From: Chiloscyllium plagiosum
Lineage: Eukaryota
Assembly: GCF_004010195.1 (NCBI RefSeq)
Contig: NC_057718.1
Coordinates: 88,926,229 to 88,990,228 of the forward strand
Reading direction: 5' to 3'
Length of the DNA: 64,000 nucleotides
Position numbers and translations under genes: made by a program. Below, piece after piece: positions 24,577 to 36,713 of the stretch (the stretch's first letter is position 1; every line of letters begins with the position of its first letter). The notes under the pieces are model-generated. The model ran no database searches. It had not been told where the DNA came from and saw nothing but the letters and a program-made list of their open reading frames with translations.

Positions 24577-26505
24577 ATATTTATTTCCTATCCATTGTTT
24601 TCCTTGAAGGTATCAGAGAGGATGCAGAAAACATTCATGAGAATGATTCCAGCCATGAGGAGCTTTGTTTTATTTATTCCTTCATGGGATGTGGGCATCG
24701 CTGGCTGGGCCCAGCATTTATTGCCCGTCCCTAATTGCCCCCTTGAGAAGGTGGTAGTGAGCTGCCTTCCTGAAGAGCTGCAGTCCACCTGCTGTGGGTT
24801 GACCCACAATGCCCTTGGGGAGGGAATTCTAGGTTACATGGATAGATTGGACAAGATTGCTCTCCTTGGATTTGATAGACGTGTTCACAATGATCCGGGA
24901 TCTGGACAGCGTGGAAGGGGGAAAGGAAAACTGTTCCTGTTGGCAGAAGGATTGGGAACTGCAGAATGCCAACTGGTAAAATAAACAAAGGTGACCTGAG
25001 GAAACCCCTTTTTCATTTAGGAGCAAGTGGTTTAGATCTTATACGCACTGCCTGAGAATGTGGTGGAGGCAGGTTCAATCAGGTCTTCAAAGAGAACTAA
25101 CCAATTATCTGAAGCGAAACATATTACTAGACCATGGGAATTAAGACTTATTTATCTGTTTCATATATCTTAACACTTCTTCTCCCCTTGAAGAATAATG
25201 TGGGGTGTTGGAAGGGTTTGCATGGCTGAATCATGCCTGTTGAACTTCAATGTGAAAGCTTTTCCCTATGACCATCAAGTTCCAGAGGCAGATTTGAACT
25301 GGATCTTCTGGTTCACAGGCACGACTGCTACCAACTTCCACAAGACTTCCTTTGGGAAAAAGCTGGGGAGTGGGTCTCATAAAGAGATGCCATGATAAGA
25401 CAGGTCAAATAGTCTTGTTTTGTGCTGTAACCACTCTGTGAAAAGACTGAAAAGACAATGTGGACTTTCTTTGTGAATGATTGTAGTGTTTGTGGTGAAG
25501 ATGTTCCCCAGTGCAGTTAGATCACCCTTCCTTGCTTCAACACAGGATCAGCATTAGTCACAGTCACATATGCCAACTTCTATGGCCTGAAGCAAAATGC
25601 ACCAGTGGTCCTCAGTCTTTTTAACCTCCTTGCAGACTATGACAGAGGCAAACTTACCCATTGTCTTCCAATTCCACTCCTCCAACATCCAACTGGGTGG
25701 AATTGTTCTCGATTGGCTCAACTAAGGCGTACCCAACTGTAACCAGGGAAACTAGTGCTGTGTATTCCCCTCCCACCCCCAAGTGTCACCGCTCTTGTCT
25801 TCCAAGGATCTCCCACCTCTTCTTCCAATACCTGCTGCCCATTAGAGACGCCACTCAGCGACATGGTGCTGAAAATTGAAGGACCTCTCTCTCTCTCGCT
25901 CTCTCTCTCTCCAGTACATCTCTCAATCACTCTGCTACCTGACTGCTTACAGCATGGAGTTTGAAAATCATTCACACTATTTCCTTCTGTGGTTACTACC
26001 TAATGCAGAAAATGGAACTGTCAGACCTGAGATGAGCCTCTGACATTGCCTCAAAGACATGGACTTTCACTCCGTAATGTCACTCAACTCCATTTCTGCC
26101 TCGGCCCCACTGCTGCTAAAACTATTTCATTAATATCATGATTCCAGTCCTTGACTAGTTGACTTCATTACATCCTATTTATGTTCTAACTCATGCAAAA
26201 ATGATGCTCACTCATCACCTGGTCAGCACAGACTTACCATATTTTTAGACCATATGATAGCCGTGCCATTCATATCTCTGAAACACCCCTCTAGCCTTCT
26301 AAACCCTCAGAGATCACTATGGACACTATCCTCATTTGTGTCTCCATTATTAATGGGTATACCTTCAGCCACCCATCTCCAATAGCTTACAATTCCCTTC
26401 CTTAATCATTTTGTCTCTCCAATTCCTTATCGTGTCGCCCACCTCATTAGCCATGGTATTATTTACATTTCCTATTATCTGCTTTGATGGCTTATCGATT
26501 ACTAT

Positions 26506-26817
26506 TGATTAGATTAGATTCCGTACAGTGTGGAAACAGGCCCTTCGGCCCAACAAGTCCACACCGATCCTCCGAAGAGCAACCCACCCAGATCCATTTA
26601 CCTCTGACTAGCGTACCTAACACTACGGACAATTTAGCATGGCCAATTCACCTGACCTGCACATTTTTGGATTGTGGGAGGAAACCGGAGCACCCGGAGG
26701 AAACCCACGCAGACACGGGGAGAATGTGCAGACTCCACACAGACAGTCACCCAAAGTGGGAATCGAACCCGGGTCCCTGGCGCTGTGAGGCAACAGTGCT
26801 AACCACTGAGCCACCGT
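26506..26817 (-). mobile_element. HE1-like SINE
   Basis: TAGATTAGATT tail, full body and tRNA head. Confidence 0.85.
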
Positions 26818-27677
26818 GATTGATTACCCAATGAAGAAATTCTGGCATATTGTTTGTCTAAAAAATATTAAATAAGAGCAAGTTAGGCTTGTTAGCAGGA
26901 CTTGTTCTTTTCCTCACTTGCTTTTGGGATCTGGGTGTTACTGGAAAGGTCAACATTTATTATCCATCCTTGATTTCCTTTCTCAACAGGGTGGTGGTAG
27001 GCTGCCTTCTTGAACTGGCACAGTCCCTCTGGCAAAGGTACTCTCACAGTATTGTTGAGTTATAGGGTATTAACCCGGCAACGATTCAGAAATGCCAATA
27101 AATTTCCAAATCAGGATGGTGACTTGACTGAGAACTTGCAAATGGAGATATTCCTTTGAGACTGTTGCCTTTCAACTTTTTTGACCATGGGTTCGGGAGA
27201 TGCCTTTGGAAACAACTTGGTGAGTTGCTGCAGTTGAGATTTGCTGTGCAGTCTCTACCCCAGTATCCAGGTGGATACATAAGTAGGGAGGGTTTCAAGG
27301 GATATGGGCCAAATGTCTGCAAATGGGACTAGATTAATGTAGGATATCTGGTCGGCATGGACAAGTAGAGTGAAGGTTCTATTTCTGTGCCGGACAATTT
27401 ATGACTCAATAACTCTATGACTTCAATTTTATTAAGCATTCTTGATGCCACATTTGGTCAAATTCTATCTTGGTGTTAAGGGCACTCAGTCTTATTTCTT
27501 TTGTACTTGTTGATCAAGGACTGTAATAAGGCCTGGAGCTGAGTCATTATGACAGAACAGAAACTAAGCATCATTGAGCTTAGTGCTGCCAGATTGCACT
27601 GTCGCTGACTGAGAGTAAACTGATTGGTTGGATTGATCTGTCCTGTTGATGTGATTTACCTGGGCACTTTTCCATAT

Positions 27678-27772
27678 TCCTGATGAAGGGCTTACGCCTG
27701 AAACATCGACTCTCCTGCTGCTCAGATACTGCCTGACCTGCTGTGCTTTTCCAATGCCACACTTTTTGACCC
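27678..27772 (+). mobile_element. Single-arm family A element with degenerate hammerhead core
   Basis: CTGATGAAGGGCTTACGCCTGAAACATC; flanked by duplicated TTTTCCAYATT. Confidence 0.7.
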
Positions 27773-28189
27773 CAGTTTTCCACATTGTCATGTGGATGCA
27801 TTAGGAGCAGGACGAGTCTGTTTGGGCTTTTAAGGCCTATTCTCCTATTTAACAAGATCACTACTGATGTTGGACAGATGCATATTCCCCTCTCCTCCCT
27901 TGTCAGCCTTCCACAAGGACCATTCCTTCCGGAACACCATGCCTAACTCCTCCTTCACTCCCAACACACTCTCCCTCCACAGCCACGTTTGCCAACCTCC
28001 AGTCTTCCGGCACTTTACCTGTGACTATCGATGATGCAAATATCTCAGCAAGGGGCCCAGCAATCACTTCCCTAGTGTCCCACAAAATTCTAGGGTTCAC
28101 CTGATCAGGTCCTGGGGATTTATGCATTTATGATTTAAGTGTGCAAAGAACACATTAACAGCACCTTAAAGGAGTGGAAATTAAAGCAA

Positions 28190-28263
28190 TGCTTCCACCC
28201 AGGATTGAACTAGGAAGCTTTTACATGTCGAGTGAGGGTATAAACCACTGCAGAAGGGAAGGC
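28190..28263 (-). pseudogene. Decayed tRNA-Val pseudogene
   Basis: The minus strand aligns end to end with vertebrate tRNA-Val (TGCAGTGGTT D-arm; AAAGCTTCCTAGTTCAATCCTGGGTGGAAGCA T-arm/acceptor). Stems are mismatched and the anticodon position reads GAC. Confidence 0.6.
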
Positions 28264-28682
28264 TGGGCAGGAGAGACCTTATTCCAATGTATCCTCCAGA
28301 TGACAGCACCACTAACAGTGTAGCACGCCCTCAGCACTGCATGTGCTCAAGACTGTGAAGTTAGGTCCTGAATCCATAAGCTTTTGACTCAGAAATACGA
28401 TTGACACCAAATATCTCTTTATAGTTTTTGAAAAACAATTAACTAATTACTGACATTAATTATAGCCCCCCAAAGGATCAATGTAAAGTCAAAGCTTTGA
28501 AGGAAACTTATCAAATTTAATTAAACTATTGTTTCTGAAGCCACCCATTGAGACTGCCCACAGATTACCGAAGGACTTCAATGTCTCCCATGGGCACTAT
28601 GTGCTCCCTCTCCAAGGACACCTGAGTTTAAATGTAGCTTTATTTTATTTATTCATAGGATGTGGGCTTCACTAGCTAGACA

Positions 28683-28964
28683 AAACGGTAAAATCAAGGA
28701 CTGCAGATTCTAGATTAGAGTGGTGCTAGAAAAGCACAGCAGTTCAGGCAGCATCCGAGGAGCAGGAAAATTGACATTTCAGGCAAAAGCCCTTCATGAG
28801 GAATAGAGGCAGAGTGCCTGCAGGGTGGAGAGATAAAAATCTCCACCCTGCAGGCACTCTGCCTCTATTCCTGATGAAGGGCTTTTGCCTGAAACGTCGA
28901 TTTTCCTGCCCCTCGGATGCTGCCTGAACTGCTGTGCTTTTCTAGCACCACTCTAATCTAGAAC
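28683..28964. mobile_element. Near-perfect ~260-bp palindrome, Penelope-derived (family A variant)
   Basis: Arms of ~125 bp centred near 28836; 16-bp TSD CTTCACTAGCTAGACA at 28667-28682 and 28965-28980. Confidence 0.9.
28867..28902 (+). ncRNA. Minimal hammerhead ribozyme motif
   Basis: ATTC-CTGATGA-A-GGGC-TTTT-GCCT-GAAA-CGTC-GATT: conserved core, helix II, palindromic ACGT helix III and a GUC cleavage triplet. Confidence 0.65.
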
Positions 28965-29923
28965 CTTCACTAGCTAGACATTTATTGCCCTTTCCAAATT
29001 GTCTAGAGGACAGTTAAGAGTCAACCACATTGCTGTCTGGAGTCACATGTAGGCCAGACCAGGTAAGGACGGCAGATTTCCTTCCCTAAATCACATTAGT
29101 GAACCAGATAGGTTTTTCCCCTGACGATCAACAATAACTTCATGATCATCATCAAAGCCTTAACTCCAGGTTTTTATTGAAGTCAAATTCCAGCATCTGA
29201 CATGGCAGGATTCGAACCGAGGTGCCTAGAACATTATCTGAGTCTCTGGATTAATAGCGTTGCAATAATGCCACTAGGCTATCACCTTCTGTGGAAAGAG
29301 GACCAGACAGTCCATTCAAGTAATGACCCCCAACTCAAACAAAGGTGACCATTTATAGATATTTTCTAATCAGCCTGTTCGGCAATGTTACTATACACCT
29401 GTGAAGCAGATGTGATTTGAAACCAAGCCTCCTAGTCCAGAGGAAGGGATACTACCACTACACCACAAGAGCCCTACATTGAAACAGTCCCAAAGCATCC
29501 TAATTTAGCAGTGAGACAACCTGCTGACAATTTTGGTCCATGTCTAATTTTGTGGGGGGCATTTTTCGACATCACAGTGGAGTGCCTCTATCACTGCTTC
29601 ACAATACAATCTTCCACCCTTCCATTTAGCAAGTTATCAATGCTTATGTATCTGTCCAACCTGTTCAGAGGTTTTATAACATTCCTTCGGAACAGGTGAG
29701 GCTTTAACCCAGGTCTCCGCAGTCAGAGGTCGACACACAGCCACAAGGCCCCCAAATGTCCCTCAGTATTCTTTTGGAAGACCAAAATTAATTAATTCAA
29801 ATAGGACCAAATTAAAGGAGGAAAGCCCGTAAATTTTCAAATTTCTCTTTACACTCCTAAGAATAACTTTAATCAATCTTTCTAAACGTACCCAATCTTA
29901 AAAAGCAGCAGCTCCTAAAAAGA

Positions 29924-30244
29924 GGCTCAGTGGTTAGCACTGCTGCCTCACAGAGCCGGGGTCCCGGGTTTGATTCCACCCTCTGGAGACTGTCTGTGTG
30001 GAGTTTGCACATTCTCCCTGTGTCTGCGTGGGTTTCCTCCACCCACAATCAAAAGATATACAGGTTAAGTGGATAGGCCATGCTAATGTTGCCCATAGTG
30101 GTCAGGGGTGTGTAGGGTAGGTGCATTAGTCAGCGGTAAATGTAGAGTGATGGGAGAATGGGACTGGGTGGGATACTCTTCGAAGGGTCAGTGTGGACTT
30201 GTTGGGCCAAACGGCCTGCTCCCACACTGTAGGAATTCTATGAT
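29924..30244 (+). mobile_element. HE1-like SINE
   Basis: GGCTCAGTGGTTAGCAC head and shared body. Confidence 0.8.
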
Positions 30245-30471
30245 ACTCCGACTTTGTTATACCATGTTTTGAGTGTCATCTCTTTCTGACAGACACGTCT
30301 TAAATTAACTTATTTGAACATGTTGTGATACATCTCCATAACAATCATATTCTGAGGTGGGACTTCAAGCCAGACCTTCTGACCCAGAGGTAGGGGCATT
30401 ATCAGTTTGCCAGGTTCCAGGCTTTTCATTCTACTGCTCCCATGGTTTGTTCATCAAGAGTAACAGCAACA

Positions 30472-30813
30472 GGGGGCAGCACGTTGGCTCAGTGGTTAGT
30501 ACTGTTGCCTCACAGCGCCAGGGACCTGGGTTCGGTTCCAGCCTCGGGCAACTGTCTGCGTGGAGTTTGCACCTTCACCCTGTGTATGTGTGGGTTTCCT
30601 CTGGGTGCTCTGGTTTCCTCCCACAGTCCAAAGCTGTAGAGGTTAGGTGAATTGGCCATGCTAAATTGCCCCATAGTGTTCAGGGATGTGTGGGTTAAGT
30701 GCATTGGTCAGGGGTAAATGTAGAGTAATAGGATAGGGGACTGGGTATGGGTGGGTTACTCTTTGGAGGGTCAGTATGGACTTATTTCCACACTGCAGGG
30801 ATTCTATTCTATG
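30472..30813 (+). mobile_element. HE1-like SINE
   Basis: Head and body as in the other copies. Confidence 0.8.
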
Positions 30814-30927
30814 AGCACCTTTCGAATTAACTTAAGCATGTTTACGTGTCCTACACCATCATTAAGACTATCGTTCTCTCTGGGTTCCTATGTTCAGTTT
30901 TATTTTTTATCAACCTTGACTCACAGG

Positions 30928-31056
30928 TCGAGAGTGTGGCTTATGCCTGAAACGTTGCGCCTCCTGCTCCTCAGATGCTGCCTGAGCTGCTGTGCTTTTC
31001 CAGCAGCACACTCTCGACTCTGATCTCCAGCATCTGCAGACCTCACTTTCTCCGAG
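30928..31056 (+). mobile_element. Family A element with very short inverted left arm
   Basis: TSD TTGACTCRCAGG at 30916-30927 and 31057-31068; GTCGAGAGTGTG is the inverse of the internal CACACTCTCGAC. Confidence 0.75.
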
Positions 31057-33097
31057 TTGACTCGCAGGATACAACCATGAGCTATGTTAATAAAAGCATG
31101 TCGCCGTGCACTGCCTGTTGCATGGCTGACTTCAAAAGAAATTGGTCAAGAAGCACTTCCATAGTCACGAAAGCAACTCTGCAAGGACGCTGACAAAACA
31201 GCAAAGAAGTAGTTATTTTTCCTTGCAATCTGTGATACTTCACTGAGCAATTAATGTAATTAATTTAAAGATCCTTTATGTTGTGTGGATGGGTAATGTT
31301 GGACATGGATCAGCCCTTGGTAAACAGAAATGTTACTGCACAATATGCAGAGCAGGGAGATGATCGTCATGGAGCAACTCCTTTTTGACACTGAGTCACA
31401 TCACTTGATGTCAACTGCTATCCAGTTTGTGGCTGCTGCCTTATACTAGTCCTCTATTGCCTGGGGAAGAAGCAGGATTTATTCCCTTGGGAGGGAGAAT
31501 TGTGATGCATGTGGGTGTGACAACTATTAAGGTGGCCCGTCTTCCCACTGCATCCACATGCATTGGTCACAGTTGGAAATATAAAGACAGCAAATTCAGT
31601 GTGGCTCATCTAGAGAGCCTGGAATGAGTTAACCTGCAGGGTATGTGTTCATCGGCTCTCTGGTTGCCTCATGTCACTATAGAGAGTACAGTTGGTAAAC
31701 AGCCACTCGAATGGAATAATAAATTTTGCCTTTGCACTCAGCGTTGTGACTTGCAAGTTGTAGTAAGGGGTTAATTCCATTGTTGAATGTGGAAAACTTT
31801 GGACAGGGAAAGGTGCAGTCGGCCACCACCCCAGTACTTTCAGACTTATTGTACACAAATTTAAAAAGCAGTGATTTGAAAACAGTCTAATTAATTTAAA
31901 GTCATACATCATTATGTAACTGTAGCCTTGTAATTCTCCAAAGCCCCTTTCTCTTTTCTGTATTTACTCTGTCATTTACTGACTGCGTCGTAAATCCTAT
32001 GGATTTCGAAAACTTGCTGCAAACAATTTGTCACTTAAAATTCTACCTGCACAAAGGTCACAGAAAAATTAAAAGTTAAAGGAATGCATCAAATCAAGTA
32101 CATGAGAATTCTATTAAATAAATTTCAGGATAAATGGCTCTGGGTCACTCTTCGTTGATTTATTTTTTTTCTCCTCTGAACATTATCCTTACAGGGATGA
32201 AGCTTTTGCCAACCATCTCCAAAGCTGTCTTAAATTAGAACAAGCAGAGTCACCAGTCGATTGATAACATCATTTACTCATATTTCTGCAGACCACAATC
32301 CTGTTTGCACAGCCAGAGTTTGAATTTGTTCATCTCACTTAGTATGAAATCATGTAGATGTTCCTGGCTTTGTCTCATGTGCACAGGCGTTGTATTACAA
32401 AACTTTCATGATAAACCACCCTGTTTGTTCATTAATTTATTCCCGTTTTATAGTTGACCAGTGTTCAATGCCTCTTATTTTATAATCTCTTTGGCAGTCT
32501 GCAAATTTCAATCAGAAGGCCAATGAGTTATCCCTTCCTGAAGGCACTCTTAATTATCTGGTTTGAGCCAGTATAGTTCAGGTGATGATTTAGGCTAAAT
32601 TAACTTTTATTAACGTTGACATTAGAACAAAATAAATGAGACAAAACAGGGCTACGTAATACCTTTCAAGAGTTTGAGCACATCTGTAAATGGGACTCTA
32701 TTTAAGCTTTTTATTCAACCAGATTTGTTTATGTGTCAATTGTATTCACATTCTGAAATATTTAACATAACAACAAATACCTTGTTAATACACTAATGTT
32801 TCCTAATAAAGTTTAAACTGCTGTTTGCCCCTTATGGGTGTTCCCAATGGTATGAACTAGACACTGTTCATGAGTAATATGTGTCTGCAATGGCCATTCA
32901 GAGGAAATTGTTTGCATAATTTTATGATATTGTCAGACCCTCAGAACTGAGGTTCATCTTTGAATTTCTCTTTTAATTTATTTAACTGAAGTAAGTTCAA
33001 TGGAATATTGATCAGGGATAATGAGCTGTTGGTTGCTTTTTCACAATTGAAGGAGAGCCCATGATGAATGGCCAATCTTGACTATTTGTAAACTTGT

Positions 33098-36050
33098 AGA
33101 ACACAGAACAATACAACGCAGAACAGGCCCTTCAATCCTCGACTTGTGCCGACCTATGAACCAATCTAAGTCCATCACCTGACGCTATCCCATCATCATC
33201 CATGTGCTTATCCAAGGATTGATTAAATCTCCCTAATGTGGCTGAGTTAACTACATTGGCAGGTCAGGCATTCCATGCCCTTACCACTCTCTAAGTAAAG
33301 AACCTGCCTCTGACATCTGTCTTAAATCTCTCACCCCTCAATTTGTAGCTCTGCCCCTTGTACAAACTGATGTCATCATCCTAGGATAAAGACTTTCACT
33401 GTCTACCCTATCTAATCCTCTGATCATCTTGTATGACTATCAAATCCCCTCTTAGCCTTCTTCTCTCCATTGAGAACAGACCCAAGTCTCTCAACCTTTT
33501 CCTATAAGACCTTCCCTCCAGACCAGACAACATCCTGGTAAATCTCCTCTGCACCTTTTCCAATGCTTCCATATCCTTCCTATAATGGGGCAACCAGAAT
33601 TGTACATAATATTCCAAGTGTGGCCACACTAGCGTTTTGTATAGTTGCAGCATGACATTATGACTCTGGAACTCAATCCCTCTACCTATGAAACCTAACA
33701 CACTGTATGCCTTCTTAACAGTACTATTAATCTGGGTGGCAACTTTCAGGGATCTATGTACATGGACTATGTACATGGATCTATGTACAAGATTCCTCTG
33801 CACATCCACACTACCAAGAATCTTTCCATTGACCAAGTACTCTGCCTTCCTATTATTCTTCCCAAAGTGAATCACCTCACATTTATCTGCATTGAACTTG
33901 ATTTGCCACCTCTCAGCCCAATTCTGCAATTTATCCAAGTCCCCTGCAACCTGCAACATTCTTCCACACTGTCCACCACTCCATCTGCAAACTTACTAAT
34001 CCATCCACCTATGCCTGCCTCCAAATAATTTATAAAAAATGACAAACAGCAGTGGTCCCAAAACAGACCGTTGTGGCATGCCACTAGTAACCAGACTCCA
34101 GGCTGAATATTTTCCATCAACCACCACTTGCTGCCTTCTTATAGAAAGCCAGTTTCTTATCCAAACTGCTAAATCACCCTCAATCCCATGCCTCTGCATT
34201 TTCTCAAACAGCCTACCATGTGGAACCTTATCAAATACTTTACTGAAGTCCATGTACACTACGTCAACTGCCCTACCCTCATCTACATGCTTGGTCACCT
34301 TCTCAAAAAACTCAATGAGGTTTGTGGGACATGACCTGCCCTTGACGAAACCATGTTGACTATCTGCAATCAAATTGTTGCTTGCTAGATGATTATAAAT
34401 CTTATCTCTTATATACCTTTCCAAAAATTTTCCCACAACAGACATAAGGCTCACTGGTCTATAATTACCTGGGCCATCTCTGCTGTCCTTCTTGAACAAG
34501 GGCACAACATTTGCAATCCTCCAGTCCTCTGGTACCAAACCTGTAGACAATGACGACTCATAGATCAAGGCCAAAGGCTCCAACACCTCATCTCTAGCTT
34601 CCCAGTGAATCATTGGATAAATCCCTGTCTATGTTCACTCCTTCTAGAATTGATAACACCTCCTCCTTACTAACCTCGATCCTTTCTAGTATAATAGCCC
34701 GTATCTCAATCTTCTCCTTTACAATATTCTCCTTTTCCTGAGTGAAAACAGATGAGAAATATTCTTTCAGCACCTCTCTGATCTCCACAAGGTCCACTCA
34801 GAACTTTCCACATCTGTCTTTGACTAGCTTTATTCCTACCCTAGTAATCCGTTTATTCCTCACGTACCTATAGAAAGCTTTAGGGTTCTCTTTTATTCTA
34901 CCTGCTAAAGACTGCTCATCTCCTCTTCTTGCTCTTCTTAACTCTCTCTTTAAATCCTTCCTACCTAATCTGTAACTCTCCATCACCTCATCTGAACCAT
35001 CTTGTCTCACCGTCACATAAGCCTCCTTCTTCCACTTAACTAGAGATGCAATTTTTAGTTCCCATACCTTATCACTTCCTCCCTGCCTGACAGGGACATA
35101 CCTATCGAGGATATGCAATATTTGTTCCTTAAACCAGCTCCACATTTCGATTGTCCCCATCCCCTGCATTTTGCTACCCCATTCTATGCATCCTAAGTCT
35201 TACCTAATTGCATTATAATTGCCCTTAGCCCATTGGTAACTCTTGCCCTGTGGCATGTACCCATCCCTTTCCATTGCTAAACTAAATGTAACCAAATTAT
35301 GGTCACTCTCTCCAAAGTGCTCACCTACCACTAAATCAAACACCAGGCCTGGTTCATTACCAAGCAGCAGATCCAGTGTGGCGATCCTCTTGTCGTCCCT
35401 TTGACATACTGTGTCAGGAAACCCTCCCGCAAACATTGGACAAAAATTGATCCATCCGATGTATTAGTGTTATAGCATTTCCAATCAATGTTGGGGAAGT
35501 TAAAATCCCCCATAATGATCACGCTGTTCTTTTCACTCCTACCCAGAATCGTTTTGCTAATCCTCTCCTCCACATTCCTGGAACTCTGTGGAAGCCTATA
35601 AAAAACTCCCAGCAGTGTGACATCTCCTTTCCTGTTTCCAACCTCAGTCCATACCACCACAGTAGACGAGTCCTCGTGAAAAGTTCTTTCAGCCACCATT
35701 ATACTGTCCTTGACTAACAAGGCCACACTGCTCCCTCTTTTACCACCTTCCCTGTTCTTAATGAAAGATCTAAACCCTGGAACCTGCAACATCCATTCCT
35801 GACCCTGCTCTATCCATGTTTCCGGAATGGTCACACCGTTGAAGTCCCAGGTACCTATCCATTCTGCAAGCTCACTTACCTTATTTTGGATACTTCTGGT
35901 GTTGAAGTAGACACACTTCAAACCAGTTTGTTGTCTGCCAGCACACTCCTGTGACTGTGAAATCCTGTCCATGTCCTCCCTACTCACATCCTCCTGTGCA
36001 CTGGAACTACACCTCAGGTTCCCATCCCCTTGCTGAGCTAGTTTAAACCC
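33098..36050 (-). mobile_element. CR1 LINE, near-complete but disrupted ORF2 (APE endonuclease + RT), 5' truncated at the end of ORF1
   Basis: Minus ORFs: LKCVYFNTRSIQNK...ETW...MGDFNFPNIDW (endonuclease); PEDWRIANVVPLFKK, SQHGFVKGRSC, YMDFSKVFDKVPH, SKFAD (RT); LEKVQRRFTRML. GTTCT-type 3' tail. Frameshifts and stops present. Confidence 0.92.
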
Positions 36051-36218
36051 ATCTGAACCCACCTGAACTCAGATCAGTTAACATCAATTACTCAGATCCA
36101 GAACAGGATTCATCTTGTATATATTTTTTATAATCACGTGAGACAGATATATACATTATTGTATACAAAATTCTAATATATAATGAGGAGCAAAATTAAG
36201 AAAGTTTACAGAATATCC

Positions 36219-36564
36219 GGGTGGCACGGTGGCTCAGTGGTTAGCACTGCTGCCTCATAGCACCAGGGATCCTGGTTTGATTCCAGCCTCAGGCGACTGA
36301 CTGTGTGGAGTTTGCACATTCTCCCCATGTCCGTGTGGATTTCCTCCGGGTGCTCTGGTTCCTCACACAATCCAAAGATGTGCAGGTTAGGTGGATTGGC
36401 CAGGCTAAATTGCCTGTAGTGTTTAAGGGATGTGTAGGTTAGGTGCATTTGTCAGGGTGCAATAAGGAAGGGGAATGGGTCTGGATGGGTTGCTCTTCAG
36501 AGGGTAGGTGTGGACTTGTTGGGCTGAAGGGCCTGTTTCCAACTGTAGGGAATCTATGATCTAA
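36219..36564 (+). mobile_element. HE1-like SINE
   Basis: GGTGGCACGGTGGCTCAGTGGTTAGC head and shared body. Confidence 0.85.
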
Positions 36565-36713
36565 TGGCTCGATTTTCTTGGAATGTGGCTTGATGCAGCC
36601 TTCCTGTTAGTTAGACTCGTTTGCACAGCTTTAGAATTTAAATTTCTTTGCAATAAATTTGAGACAACATCAAGGTGAACTGATCATGGCACAGCGGGGT
36701 CAACTGGACACAC

